IMG/VR virus record: IMGVR_UViG_3300014059_000004
From: a virus
Length of the DNA: 32,000 nucleotides
Reading direction: 5' to 3' (one strand)
Part shown: positions 19,584 through 25,659 of the stretch, in pieces
Layout of the letters: each line of letters begins with the position of its first letter
Numbering within the stretch: position 1 is the first letter of the stretch
Program-made: the position numbers and the translations under genes
The notes under the pieces: model-generated
The model's input: the letters and a program-made list of their open reading frames with translations, nothing else
Database searches by the model: none
What the model was told of the DNA's origin: nothing

Positions 19584-20102
19584 ATGATTACAAACCTATC
19601 AAATCTTCGAAAGATGATTAGAGAATCTCTGGCAGAGAATAGTGCGTTTAATCTCAAAGTTGCAGATGTGTCTAACAACGACAAGCTGTATCATGCAACT
19701 TCTGAACTAAACGTTGATTCAATCATGAAGCAAGGTCTTGTTCCGAAGAACAATTGGGAAGAACAAACGCATGAACCTGCTGTATTTGTCATCAATGACA
19801 TGTACGGTGCACTTGACATGTATGAATGGATTGGTCACAAAAGACAAGCAGTTGTCTTTGAGATTGATGTGCAGAAATTGCTTTCATTGAACCCTAACAT
19901 TATTTTTTACAATGATGCTGATTCAGGTGATGGAGCATACTGGACTCCTTCAGTGATTCCACCTTCAGTTCTAACGCTAGTTGAGTTCGATGATTTATCC
20001 AGCCATGGTGTAGATGGTACGCACACTCGCCTGAAGAGCCTGGGGGTCCCGTTCGATTCGGGATGGCTGGACTGCATGTTTGAAGAAGAGACTGATACTT
20101 AG
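19584..20102 (+). CDS. H-type ART-fold protein (Tpt1/KptA- or DarT-like) with N-terminal NLRKMIRE leader
   Basis: KLYHATSELNVDSIMKQGLVP resembles the YH(G/x)T ... (S)I ... GL opening of Tpt1/KptA and DarT; the later AVVFEIDVQKL ... GAYWTPSVIPPSVL resembles the KptA C-terminus as I recall it. Confidence 0.45.
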   Translation: MITNLSNLRKMIRESLAENSAFNLKVADVSNNDKLYHATSELNVDSIMKQGLVPKNNWEEQTHEPAVFVINDMYGALDMYEWIGHKRQAVVFEIDVQKLLSLNPNIIFYNDADSGDGAYWTPSVIPPSVLTLVEFDDLSSHGVDGTHTRLKSLGVPFDSGWLDCMFEEETDT

Positions 20103-20106
20103 AAGC

Positions 20107-20607
20107 ATGGTAATGAAATTTTCCGCGCTTCGCAAGCTAGTTCGTCAGCTCGTAAGAGAAGGCGAAGGTTGGCCAACAGAATCGACTTCTGAACTTTACG
20201 GTGGAGGATCTGGCGTTGACGTTCGGAATCCACGAAATCCAAAGCCAAACACGCAAGGTGCAACTCGCCTTCCAAAGGGCCCAAACTCAAGAGATAATCT
20301 CGGTGAGGGTTACAAGCGTCCATCGCAAGCTGAACTGCAGCAATGGTCGCAAGGAAATTACGATGAGATCAATGAAGATGCATCGGCCATGACGCAAGAT
20401 CCTTGCGAGGGTTGCGGCGAGATGAAGCCTTCGAACGAGCTTGCTCAAGCAAAAGATGACGGTAGCGAGCGCGGTGGAAAGTATCTCTGCCAAGCATGCT
20501 CCGGTAACATGTTAAGAATCGCAGAGGTGCGCGAAAAAGTTAGCGGCCAGATTGCAACCCTGGTGTTACTCGGTGCGATACCGAGCCTCTGCTCTAGTTA
20601 CGAGTAA
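20107..20607 (+). CDS. hypothetical protein with N-terminal ALRKLVRQLVRE leader and C-terminal CxxC...CxxC
   Basis: ATG 20107 (or 20113) inside ORF 20080..20607; CEGCGEM ... CQACSGN zinc-ribbon-like pairs. Confidence 0.5.
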   Translation: MVMKFSALRKLVRQLVREGEGWPTESTSELYGGGSGVDVRNPRNPKPNTQGATRLPKGPNSRDNLGEGYKRPSQAELQQWSQGNYDEINEDASAMTQDPCEGCGEMKPSNELAQAKDDGSERGGKYLCQACSGNMLRIAEVREKVSGQIATLVLLGAIPSLCSSYE

Positions 20608-20615
20608 ACGTTCTC

Positions 20616-20629
20616 CGGGCTTCGGCTCG
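20616..20629 (+). terminator. UUCG-tetraloop hairpin after the stop codon
   Basis: CGGGC-TTCG-GCTCG, 9 nt after TAA 20605-20607; no T tract, so it may be a stabiliser or processing site rather than a terminator. Confidence 0.25.
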
Positions 20630-20692
20630 TGGTGTAAAGGCAGCGCGCTTTGCTGATGGCAGAGAGGTGAGGGTTCAAATCCCGAAGTTGAA
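20621..20692 (+). tRNA. possible tRNA-Ile (GAT), irregular D and T stems
   Basis: Acceptor TTCGGCT/AGTTGAA (2 G:U), arm CTTTG-CTGATGG-CAGAG, T arm GAGGG-TTCAAAT-CCCGA with tandem G:A pairs; 72 nt. Confidence 0.35.
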
Positions 20693-20701
20693 AGTAATGT
20701 T

Positions 20702-20774
20702 GCTAGCAGAGTAGGCGTGGGAATACGCATTCTTGGTACGAATGAGATGACGGGTCCGACTCCCGTTGCTAGCT
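20702..20774 (+). tRNA. tRNA-Thr: tRNA-Thr (GGT), T loop TCCGACT
   Basis: Perfect acceptor GCTAGCA/TGCTAGC, arm CATTC-TTGGTAC-GAATG, T arm ACGGG-TCCGACT-CCCGT. Confidence 0.8.
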
Positions 20775-20778
20775 CTAC

Positions 20779-20850
20779 GCGTGGGTAGCAGAGTGGTAAT
20801 GCGCAAGCTTGCCAAGGTTGAGATCATGAGTTCAATCCTCATCCCACGCT
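20779..20850 (+). tRNA. tRNA-Gly: tRNA-Gly (GCC)
   Basis: Perfect acceptor GCGTGGG/CCCACGC, arm CAAGC-TTGCCAA-GGTTG (30:40 G:G), T arm ATGAG-TTCAATC-CTCAT. Confidence 0.8.
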
Positions 20851-20869
20851 CTGGTTCAAAAGTAACTAA

Positions 20870-20941
20870 CTCGCTGTCGCTCTTGGAGAGCAGCTGGCCA
20901 CATACGCCGGAAAGAAGAGGGTTCGAATCCCGCTCAGCCGC
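20870..20941 (+). pseudogene. degenerate tRNA-like gene with CAT-type loop CACATAC (A33)
   Basis: D arm GCTC-TTGGA-GAGC, arm CTGGC-CACATAC-GCCGG, T arm GAGGG-TTCGAAT-CCCGC, but only about 4 acceptor base pairs can be drawn. Confidence 0.3.
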
Positions 20942-20960
20942 AAGTGAAATTGAGCTTTTT

Positions 20961-21034
20961 GCTGACGTCGCCTAATGGAATGGCACCTCACTTGTAATGA
21001 GACATAATTGTGGGTTCGACTCCCACCGCCAGCT
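20961..21034 (+). tRNA. tRNA-Thr: tRNA-Thr (TGT)
   Basis: Acceptor GCTGACG/CGCCAGC (one A:C mismatch), D arm GCC-TAATGGAAT-GGC, arm CCTCA-CTTGTAA-TGAGA, T arm GTGGG-TTCGACT-CCCAC. Confidence 0.75.
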
Positions 21035-21048
21035 CAAGCGTCAGATAT

Positions 21049-21136
21049 GGAAAGGTGGCCGAGTGGTCTAAGGCTGCAATTTTGAAAATTGCCGATCCTC
21101 GCAAGGGATCCGTGGGTTCGAATCCCACCCTTTCCT
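21049..21136 (+). tRNA. tRNA-Ser: tRNA-Ser (TGA), long variable arm
   Basis: Acceptor GGAAAGG/CCTTTCC, D arm GCC-GAGTGGTCTAA-GGC, arm GCAAT-TTTGAAA-ATTGC, variable arm CGATCCTCGCAAGGGATCC, T arm GTGGG-TTCGAAT-CCCAC. Confidence 0.9.
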
Positions 21137-21177
21137 CTAACAGTGTACTTAGTGCACCAGTAAGGTAAGATAAAAAC

Positions 21178-21351
21178 ATGGAAATCAAGAAGGTTCTCAA
21201 GTACGTTAGTTTGGCTGGTGCTGTTCTTGCTGCTGGTGCCGCTATCGGTGTTGCGGTGAAGTTGCTGAAGGAGAAGCTTCAAGAAGAAAAGCCGCAGAGC
21301 TTAATCTGCTACGCTAGCTATACTCGAATGGCTTCAGAGGGCGCACTGTGA
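21178..21351 (+). CDS. small membrane protein (57 aa); ORF runs into tRNA-His
   Basis: Hand-translated MEIKKVLKYVSLAGAVLAAGAAIGVAVKLLKEKLQEEKPQSL...; AAGGTAAG upstream; no in-frame stop before the tRNA at 21313. Confidence 0.35.
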   Translation: MEIKKVLKYVSLAGAVLAAGAAIGVAVKLLKEKLQEEKPQSLICYASYTRMASEGAL

Positions 21352-21386
21352 CTGCGCTTATGCGGGTTCGAATCCCGTTAGCTAGA
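21313..21386 (+). tRNA. tRNA-His: tRNA-His (GTG) with encoded G-1
   Basis: G-1 then acceptor CTAGCTA/TAGCTAG, arm GCGCA-CTGTGAC-TGCGC, T arm GCGGG-TTCGAAT-CCCGT, discriminator A. Confidence 0.85.
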
Positions 21387-21399
21387 CTCACGATAATTT

Positions 21400-21472
21400 G
21401 GCCTATCAGTTTCGCAGCTCGGAATATGCGACTTTCAATCGCAAGGAGTGGGGGCAGCACCCACATAGGCTA
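21400..21472 (+). tRNA. tRNA-Glu: tRNA-Glu (TTC) with non-canonical T loop
   Basis: Acceptor GGCCTAT/ATAGGCT, perfect arm TGCGA-CTTTCAA-TCGCA, T arm GTGGG-GGCAGCA-CCCAC (no TTC). Confidence 0.5.
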
Positions 21473-22156
21473 CTATGTTTTTACGGTGCGATTACCTATC
21501 ATTGAACACCGTCTAGAACAATATGAGTTTTTACAAGGATTTGGGCAAATTTTACACGTATTTGATTTACTAGTGGTGGGTCTTTCCTGATAAAGATCAG
21601 TGTAGGAATTTCCATACTTGTCTTTTACGTGTTTTATTATACCTTGAAGATCTTGTTTCCGAAAAACAAGCAAGTTAATGTGTGAACAATAAGCAAGTTT
21701 TGCTTGAAATTGTTTTGTATCATAACCCTTGATTTCAATGATGAATTCACCGATTTCAAAATCAGGTAGATAGGTGTGAATTTTACTTTCATAATAATAA
21801 GTGAAAGTTTTTTCACATCGCTTGATAGGAAGATTCATATCAATAGACCAAACTAGAAATGCTAGTTCCCAAGAACTACCACAATAAATTCCATTATACC
21901 AACCACACTTACTCCTACCAGAACCTTCACGATTACCTCCCAAATTTGTGTTCTTTGATGAACAAAAACGACTGCAATATTTTCGAATATATGAACCATT
22001 AACGCATGTGAACATTGTTTTACATGTAACCTCAATTCGAGGTGATCGAAGAATGTTTCTACGTTGCATTCGTCCGCTCAAGTTAGCTTCACAAACTTTG
22101 ATTGAATTACTAATCTTTTTCTTAGTTTCATCTGTTGAGATCGACGATGAGCGCAT
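21473..22156 (-). CDS. PD-(D/E)xK-type homing endonuclease, C-terminal frame (paralog of 4902..5546)
   Basis: SSWELAFLVWSID ... HTYLPDFEIGEFIIEIKGYDT matches GMWEVKFAIWLD ... YIPDFYL..YVEIKGWKT; STDETKKKISNSIK is NUMOD3-like; AT-rich; the zinc-ribbon N-terminus lies in another frame (22078..22230). Confidence 0.65.
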   Translation of the reverse strand: MRSSSISTDETKKKISNSIKVCEANLSGRMQRRNILRSPRIEVTCKTMFTCVNGSYIRKYCSRFCSSKNTNLGGNREGSGRSKCGWYNGIYCGSSWELAFLVWSIDMNLPIKRCEKTFTYYYESKIHTYLPDFEIGEFIIEIKGYDTKQFQAKLAYCSHINLLVFRKQDLQGIIKHVKDKYGNSYTDLYQERPTTSKSNTCKICPNPCKNSYCSRRCSMIGNRTVKT

Positions 22157-22230
22157 CGCTTTGAACAGAAACGTCCACTTCCATAAATGGTCGTATTTTT
22201 CTTGTTACATCTTTCGCACGTATACGACAT
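22078..22230 (-). pseudogene. frame-shifted N-terminal zinc-ribbon segment of the same endonuclease gene
   Basis: MSYTCERCNKKNTTIYGSGRFCSKRCAHRRS... from ATG 22230; a 1-nt frame change near 22150-22156 would join ...FCSKRCA to SSSISTDETKKK of the 21473..22156 frame. Confidence 0.5.
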
Positions 22231-22252
22231 GCATGTAAGTATTACATTAATC

Positions 22253-22302
22253 AGGATAGATTCAATCTTGCTACACGGGTTCGAGTCCCGTTGAGGTCGC
22301 CA
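22253..22302 (+). pseudogene. 5'-truncated tRNA-like remnant with loop AGATTCA
   Basis: AGGAT-AGATTCA-ATCTT, variable GCTAC, T arm ACGGG-TTCGAGT-CCCGT, TGAGGTC-G-CCA; no matching 5' acceptor strand, and that position is occupied by the start of the - strand endonuclease gene. Confidence 0.45.
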
Positions 22303-22303
22303 A

Positions 22304-22435
22304 ATGTGCATCAAAACAACCTGCGAAAAGTGCAACAAACCAACGTTTTCGGGCTGCGGAAAGCATGTAGAACTTGTGCTCCGTGATGTTCCGCCAGAGG
22401 AGCGTTGCAGGTGCAAAGAAGACAAGAAAGAATAG
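22304..22435 (+). CDS. small Cys-rich protein (43 aa)
   Basis: Hand-translated MCIKTTCEKCNKPTFSGCGKHVELVLRDVPPEERCRCKEDKKE; I recall a small conserved MC..TTC..C.K.T.SGCG.H... family; ATG is 1 nt after a CCA end. Confidence 0.5.
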   Translation: MCIKTTCEKCNKPTFSGCGKHVELVLRDVPPEERCRCKEDKKE

Positions 22436-22440
22436 ACCAC

Positions 22441-22522
22441 GTCGTCGTGGTGGAACTGGCATACACGCAAGCTTGAGGTGCTTGTGCCGAAAGGATTGAG
22501 GGTTCAACTCCCTCCGACGACA
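22441..22522 (+). tRNA. tRNA-Leu: tRNA-Leu (GAG), long variable arm
   Basis: Acceptor GTCGTCG/CGACGAC, D arm GTG-GAACTGGCATA-CAC, arm CAAGC-TTGAGGT-GCTTG, variable TGCCGAAAGGATT, T arm GAGGG-TTCAACT-CCCTC. Confidence 0.9.
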
Positions 22523-22526
22523 CAAT

Positions 22527-22600
22527 GTTACTGTGACGGAACTGGCATACGTTCTAGGCTCAGAACCTAGATTTTGTGGGTTCGACTCCCACCAGTAACA
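22527..22600 (+). tRNA. tRNA-Leu: tRNA-Leu (CAG) with only a 5-nt variable loop
   Basis: Acceptor GTTACTG/CAGTAAC, Leu-type D arm ACG-GAACTGGCATA-CGT, arm CTAGG-CTCAGAA-CCTAG, variable ATTTT, T arm GTGGG-TTCGACT-CCCAC. Confidence 0.8.
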
Positions 22601-22621
22601 CTAGCTTAATTTACGCTTTAT

Positions 22622-22706
22622 GCCCTTGTGCTTGGAACTGGGATACAGCTGCGTTTCAAAAACGCGGGCCCGAAAGGGATTGTGGGTTCGACTCCCACCA
22701 AGGGTA
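22622..22706 (+). tRNA. tRNA-Leu: tRNA-Leu (CAA), long variable arm
   Basis: Acceptor GCCCTTG/CAAGGGT, arm TGCGT-TTCAAAA-ACGCG, variable GGCCCGAAAGGGATT, T arm GTGGG-TTCGACT-CCCAC. Confidence 0.85.
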
Positions 22707-22718
22707 CTTTATTCATAC

Positions 22719-22792
22719 GTCCCTGTGATGGAACAGGATTACCATGCTAGTCTACGAAACTAGTCGTGCACGTTCGAATCGTGCCAGGGACG
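22719..22792 (+). tRNA. tRNA-Arg: tRNA-Arg (ACG)
   Basis: Acceptor GTCCCTG/CAGGGAC, arm CTAGT-CTACGAA-ACTAG, T arm GCACG-TTCGAAT-CGTGC. Confidence 0.9.
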
Positions 22793-22801
22793 CTCAACGT
22801 T

Positions 22802-22874
22802 GCTCTCGTAATTCAGCGGACAGAAATTCTCGCTTCGAACGAGAAAGTCGTGGGTTCGAATCCTACCGGGAGCG
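22802..22874 (+). tRNA. tRNA-Arg: tRNA-Arg (TCG)
   Basis: Acceptor GCTCTCG/CGGGAGC, arm TCTCG-CTTCGAA-CGAGA, T arm GTGGG-TTCGAAT-CCTAC. Confidence 0.9.
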
Positions 22875-22923
22875 CTGCGATTTAGATCATCTCGAAGTTC
22901 ATCGATGCGAATACCGTATTTGC

Positions 22924-23286
22924 ATGAAGTACTTCGTTGTGCTCTTTACAATTATGATCCTAGTTGGTTGTGGGTCAGACGCTAGCGATGATTCGCAGCT
23001 TGTGATTCATGAGCAAGTGAACCCCGAGCACCCAGTTTCAGGTTGGAGCTACGGAAGTAAAGATTACGATTCATGCTCATCACCTCGAATTCGAAGAGTC
23101 AGGCACGCAGAAGACGGAACGTCGATCAGCGTTCCAGAGCTTTGCAATCCTTACTGGCGCGATCGTGGTGATCCGATTGAGCGTCAGAATCCTGCGGAGG
23201 ATATCATCCGCATGCCCGAAGTAACAGTTCAGGGCAAATTAACTACACTTGGTCAAATGATGGAATGGCAGACATGTGAGTTTTAG
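22924..23286 (+). CDS. lipoprotein (lipobox LVGC); 3' end overlaps tRNA-Leu
   Basis: ATG 22924 in the frame of ORF 22744..23286 (the upstream part is tRNA sequence): MKYFVVLFTIMILVGCGSD...; the last 36 nt lie inside the tRNA at 23251. Confidence 0.55.
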   Translation: MKYFVVLFTIMILVGCGSDASDDSQLVIHEQVNPEHPVSGWSYGSKDYDSCSSPRIRRVRHAEDGTSISVPELCNPYWRDRGDPIERQNPAEDIIRMPEVTVQGKLTTLGQMMEWQTCEF

Positions 23287-23336
23287 ATGCTCATGGGATT
23301 TATCTCGTGCGGGTTCAAGTCCCGCTTTGACCACCA
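23251..23336 (+). tRNA. tRNA-Leu: tRNA-Leu (TAG), long variable arm, CCA encoded
   Basis: Acceptor GGTCAAA/TTTGACC, D arm ATG-GAATGGCAGA-CAT, arm TGAGT-TTTAGAT-GCTCA, variable TGGGATTTATCTCGT, T arm GCGGG-TTCAAGT-CCCGC, A-CCA. Confidence 0.85.
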
Positions 23337-23357
23337 ATTCAAATCCTAAATCATGGG

Positions 23358-23384
23358 GGTTCAAGTCCCTCCACGACCACTAAT
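23358..23384 (+). pseudogene. orphan tRNA 3' fragment (T arm plus acceptor 3' strand)
   Basis: GGGGG-TTCAAGT-CCCTC-CACGACC-A resembles the 3' end of the adjacent tRNA-Leu (GCGGG-TTCAAGT-CCCGC-TTTGACC-A); only about 20 nt lie upstream, so there is no room for a 5' half. Confidence 0.4.
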
Positions 23385-23457
23385 GCCGGGATAGCTCAGA
23401 GGCAAGAGCATTTGTTTCATACGCAAGTAATCGTGGGTTCGAATCCCACTCCCGGTA
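23385..23457 (+). tRNA. tRNA-Met: tRNA-Met or Ile2 (CAT)
   Basis: Acceptor GCCGGGA/TCCCGGT, D arm GCTC-AGAGGCAA-GAGC, arm TTTGT-TTCATAC-GCAAG, T arm GTGGG-TTCGAAT-CCCAC. Confidence 0.85.
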
Positions 23458-23872
23458 CCCAGCTCAACATATTGTGATCAAATTCCCAATGACAATTGGG
23501 ACAAAGCAAAAGAATATTATTTTCGGCGTTGATTACACTAATGGGTGTTTCTAGATCAAAACTAGAAAGTGGTTTGATGTGAGCATATTCAATGTGCTTA
23601 GAATAAGAGCAACGTTGACATGTTTGAGGTCGATGTTTATTTCGTTGATGCGTATGATGACGTACTTCATGAAATGTCAATGCGTTCCGAACACCATTCG
23701 ATTTATCAATGAAATATTGCAACGTACGACTATCAATAGTTGTACTACGGTTTCTGAACCGTTCTGAACATTCAATACAAAGACGCGATCGTCTTCCATT
23801 TTGATTGTAGTATGCTCTAGAACACTTAGTGCAATTTCGTTCTTTTGGTTTGTTCATAATAAACTTTATCAC
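23417..23872 (-). CDS. HNH homing endonuclease
   Basis: CTKCSRAYY...CIECS zinc ribbon, then HIEYAHIKPLS ... NAENNILLLCPNCHWEFDH; AT-rich; the last 41 nt overlap tRNA-Met on the opposite strand. Confidence 0.75.
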   Translation of the reverse strand: MIKFIMNKPKERNCTKCSRAYYNQNGRRSRLCIECSERFRNRSTTIDSRTLQYFIDKSNGVRNALTFHEVRHHTHQRNKHRPQTCQRCSYSKHIEYAHIKPLSSFDLETPISVINAENNILLLCPNCHWEFDHNMLSWVPGVGFEPTITCV

Positions 23873-23899
23873 ACATCAACGTGATGTTCAACCATTATA

Positions 23900-23943
23900 G
23901 CTGGCCTATCAGCCAGTAGGTGGTTCGACTCCACCCTCCAGCA
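23900..23943 (+). pseudogene. 5'-truncated tRNA remnant
   Basis: Hairpin CTGGC-CTATCA-GCCAG, then T arm GGTGG-TTCGACT-CCACC and CTCCAGC-A; no D arm or 5' acceptor; begins 28 nt from the HNH gene start. Confidence 0.4.
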
Positions 23944-24019
23944 CTCACGTTGACCCACGTTTAATCTTCAAAATTCAAACGGTTGTTACCTCACATTAAT
24001 TAATCCATTTTTTCTAGAG

Positions 24020-24028
24020 TGGTATACA
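24020..24028 (+). promoter_or_regulatory. extended -10-like box TGGTATACA, 10 nt upstream of ATG 24039
   Basis: No SD in the 10-nt gap (GTAACAGACC). Confidence 0.4.
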
Positions 24029-24038
24029 GTAACAGACC

Positions 24039-24623
24039 ATGAAATTTTCAAAGAAAATCATCGGGCTAGCAGTTTGCTGCGCAGTTGCGCTTCTCTCGAA
24101 CACTGCTTCGGGTTCATTCGCAAAGAATCGTGATCCGCTGCAACGCGACAAGCAGCTAACGCCTCTATCAGACGTCCAGCTCGTCAGAGCTCTTCGAGAT
24201 TCTCACGTTGAGAACTTTGGGTTCGAGCCTTCGCCGGCGAAGCTTGCTATGGCTTGGGCTCAAGTGGCTCTAGAGAATGGCCAGGGAAAGTTCGTGTGGA
24301 ATCACAACCTTGGGAACATTGGCTCGCCGCCAGGGACTTCGCACGAATTCTACGTTCACTCATCGTACACTTCTTACAGATCGTTCGAAGGTTACCTTGA
24401 AGGCGGTGTAGCTTACTGGCGGACGGTGAGGCGCTGCGGATCGGCATGGGCCAACTTTGAAGTTGGAAATGCGACAGCGTCGGCTCTTTACCTCAAGAAC
24501 TGCGGTTACTACGGTGCTGACACAGATCAGTACGTTCGTGGAATGAATGAACTGTACGCTTACGCTCTAGGAAACGTGATTCCAAGAGAAGCTCGAGAGG
24601 CTACAAATGAGGGAAAAGATTGA
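24039..24623 (+). CDS. secreted peptidoglycan hydrolase, glucosaminidase (FlgJ/LytD-like) domain
   Basis: Signal peptide MKFSKKIIGLAVCCAVALLSNTASG; AMAWAQVALENGQGKFVWNHNLGNIG resembles the A.LESGWG ... NN.FGI glucosaminidase motif. Confidence 0.5.
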   Translation: MKFSKKIIGLAVCCAVALLSNTASGSFAKNRDPLQRDKQLTPLSDVQLVRALRDSHVENFGFEPSPAKLAMAWAQVALENGQGKFVWNHNLGNIGSPPGTSHEFYVHSSYTSYRSFEGYLEGGVAYWRTVRRCGSAWANFEVGNATASALYLKNCGYYGADTDQYVRGMNELYAYALGNVIPREAREATNEGKD

Positions 24624-25077
24624 GCGGTTCACAGATGAATTTGCATTCTTGTCAAACTTCTACCCGAGCACAATCTCCCACGAGGGAAAGCTCTGGCCAA
24701 CAGTTGAGCATGCCTACGCAGCCGAAAAAACTCTTGACCCGGAGGAAAAAGAGAGAATTCGTAAAGCAGAAACTCCAGGCCGCGCGAAATCTATGGGGAG
24801 AGCTGCTAGTCTACGCCCTGACTGGGATTCGATAAAGGTTGACGTGATGCGGAAGTTGGTGAAGGAAAAGTTCCGAAATCCTATCCTAAGAGAGTTGTTG
24901 ATCGCCACGGGTGATGCAGAGCTCATAGAAGGAAACAACTGGAACGATACTTTCTTCGGAGTCTGCAGGGGTCGTGGCCAAAATTGGTTGGGTCGAATCC
25001 TTGAAGAAGTTAGAGAAGAGATTCTTGCTGAAATTGCAGCAGATGAAGAAGTGAACTCTTCACTTCGCGCAAGGTAA
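24607..25077 (+). CDS. NADAR (YbiA / DUF1768) domain protein
   Basis: FLSNFYPS ... WPTVEHAYAAEK ... TPGRAKSMGR ... RPDWD ... LLIATGDAELIEGNNWNDTFFGV ... GQNWLGRIL: the family pattern as I remember it. Confidence 0.75.
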   Translation: MREKIERFTDEFAFLSNFYPSTISHEGKLWPTVEHAYAAEKTLDPEEKERIRKAETPGRAKSMGRAASLRPDWDSIKVDVMRKLVKEKFRNPILRELLIATGDAELIEGNNWNDTFFGVCRGRGQNWLGRILEEVREEILAEIAADEEVNSSLRAR

Positions 25078-25123
25078 GATGTAATTGAGCTGCACAATAG
25101 TAACCGTAGTAACCGTAAAAGTA

Positions 25124-25184
25124 GTGTAGAATATGCACGGATGGCTTTTAACCATCAGGCGGGAGTTAACTTCCCTCAGGTGAA
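25124..25184 (+). pseudogene. tRNA-Lys (TTT)-like pseudogene without an acceptor stem
   Basis: D arm GTGT-AGAATAT-GCAC, perfect arm GATGG-CTTTTAA-CCATC, degenerate T arm GGGAG-TTAACTT-CCCTC; flanks do not pair; preceded by the tandem AGTAACCGT x2 (25099-25116). Confidence 0.35.
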
Positions 25185-25198
25185 ATTGTAGCAGTGAT

Positions 25199-25272
25199 GT
25201 TTTCGTAGCTCAGTTGGATAGAGCATCGCATTCCTAACGCGAGGGTCGCAGGTTCGAATCCTGCCGGAAACG
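25199..25272 (+). tRNA. tRNA-Arg: tRNA-Arg (CCT)
   Basis: Acceptor GTTTTCG/CGGAAAC, D arm GCTC-AGTTGGATA-GAGC, arm TCGCA-TTCCTAA-CGCGA, T arm GCAGG-TTCGAAT-CCTGC. Confidence 0.9.
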
Positions 25273-25274
25273 CT

Positions 25275-25334
25275 AGTGACAAGTAACTGCAGCTGTTAAA
25301 TAATTGAAGAATTTAACATAAGGTGAACGTCACT
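25275..25334 (+). ncRNA. conserved inter-tRNA spacer element, copy 2
   Basis: Outer stem AGTGAC/GTCACT, 5' arm AAGTAACTGC, central hairpin GTTAAAT-AATTGAAGA-ATTTAAC, 3' arm GGTGAAC; compare 5853-5913. Confidence 0.4.
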
Positions 25335-25342
25335 AACAACAC

Positions 25343-25416
25343 GCCTCCGTGGCTCGAATGGATTAGGCAACTGACTTCTAATCAGTTTTACGTAGGTTCG
25401 AATCCTGCCGGAGGTG
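25343..25416 (+). tRNA. tRNA-Arg: tRNA-Arg (TCT)
   Basis: Acceptor GCCTCCG/CGGAGGT, arm ACTGA-CTTCTAA-TCAGT, T arm GTAGG-TTCGAAT-CCTGC. Confidence 0.9.
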
Positions 25417-25424
25417 CTACTGCT

Positions 25425-25598
25425 ATGAAGAAATTGACGATCATCTGCACGTTGCTAGCTGCCATCTGCAGTTCGTGCTACGCTGAGTGGGATCTTCCTA
25501 AGACTCCGCGGCGCGATCCTTGCACGGGCAAAGTAGAGAGCAAGTACGTATATGTAATTCCAGAGTGCCGTTACCCGGCACCGCAACCCAAGTACTGA
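25425..25598 (+). CDS. small secreted Cys-containing protein (57 aa)
   Basis: ATG 25425 in the frame of ORF 25323..25598 (the upstream part is tRNA): MKKLTIICTLLAAICSSCYAEWDLPK...; ATG is 8 nt after the tRNA end, with no SD. Confidence 0.45.
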   Translation: MKKLTIICTLLAAICSSCYAEWDLPKTPRRDPCTGKVESKYVYVIPECRYPAPQPKY

Positions 25599-25608
25599 AA
25601 GGCTACGC

Positions 25609-25659
25609 ATGAGCAACGTGAAGCAAGTGATCGTGGTGCGAACAGACCTAAAAGATTAA
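25609..25659 (+). pseudogene. remnant 5' end of a pth2 gene (16 codons)
   Basis: MSNVKQVIVVRTDLKD-stop; VKQVIVVR(T/N)DL is identical in protein to residues 6-16 of the Pth2 gene at 26375, but every codon differs. Confidence 0.55.

Noticed and set aside
20616-20692. Alternative pairing CTTCGG (20620-25) with CCGAAG (20682-87) as the acceptor stem of the island 3 first tRNA
   Set aside because: It would consume part of the T stem and leave no T arm. The TTCGGCT/AGTTGAA register gives a 72-nt cloverleaf with a canonical Ile loop, so that register is reported instead, at low confidence.
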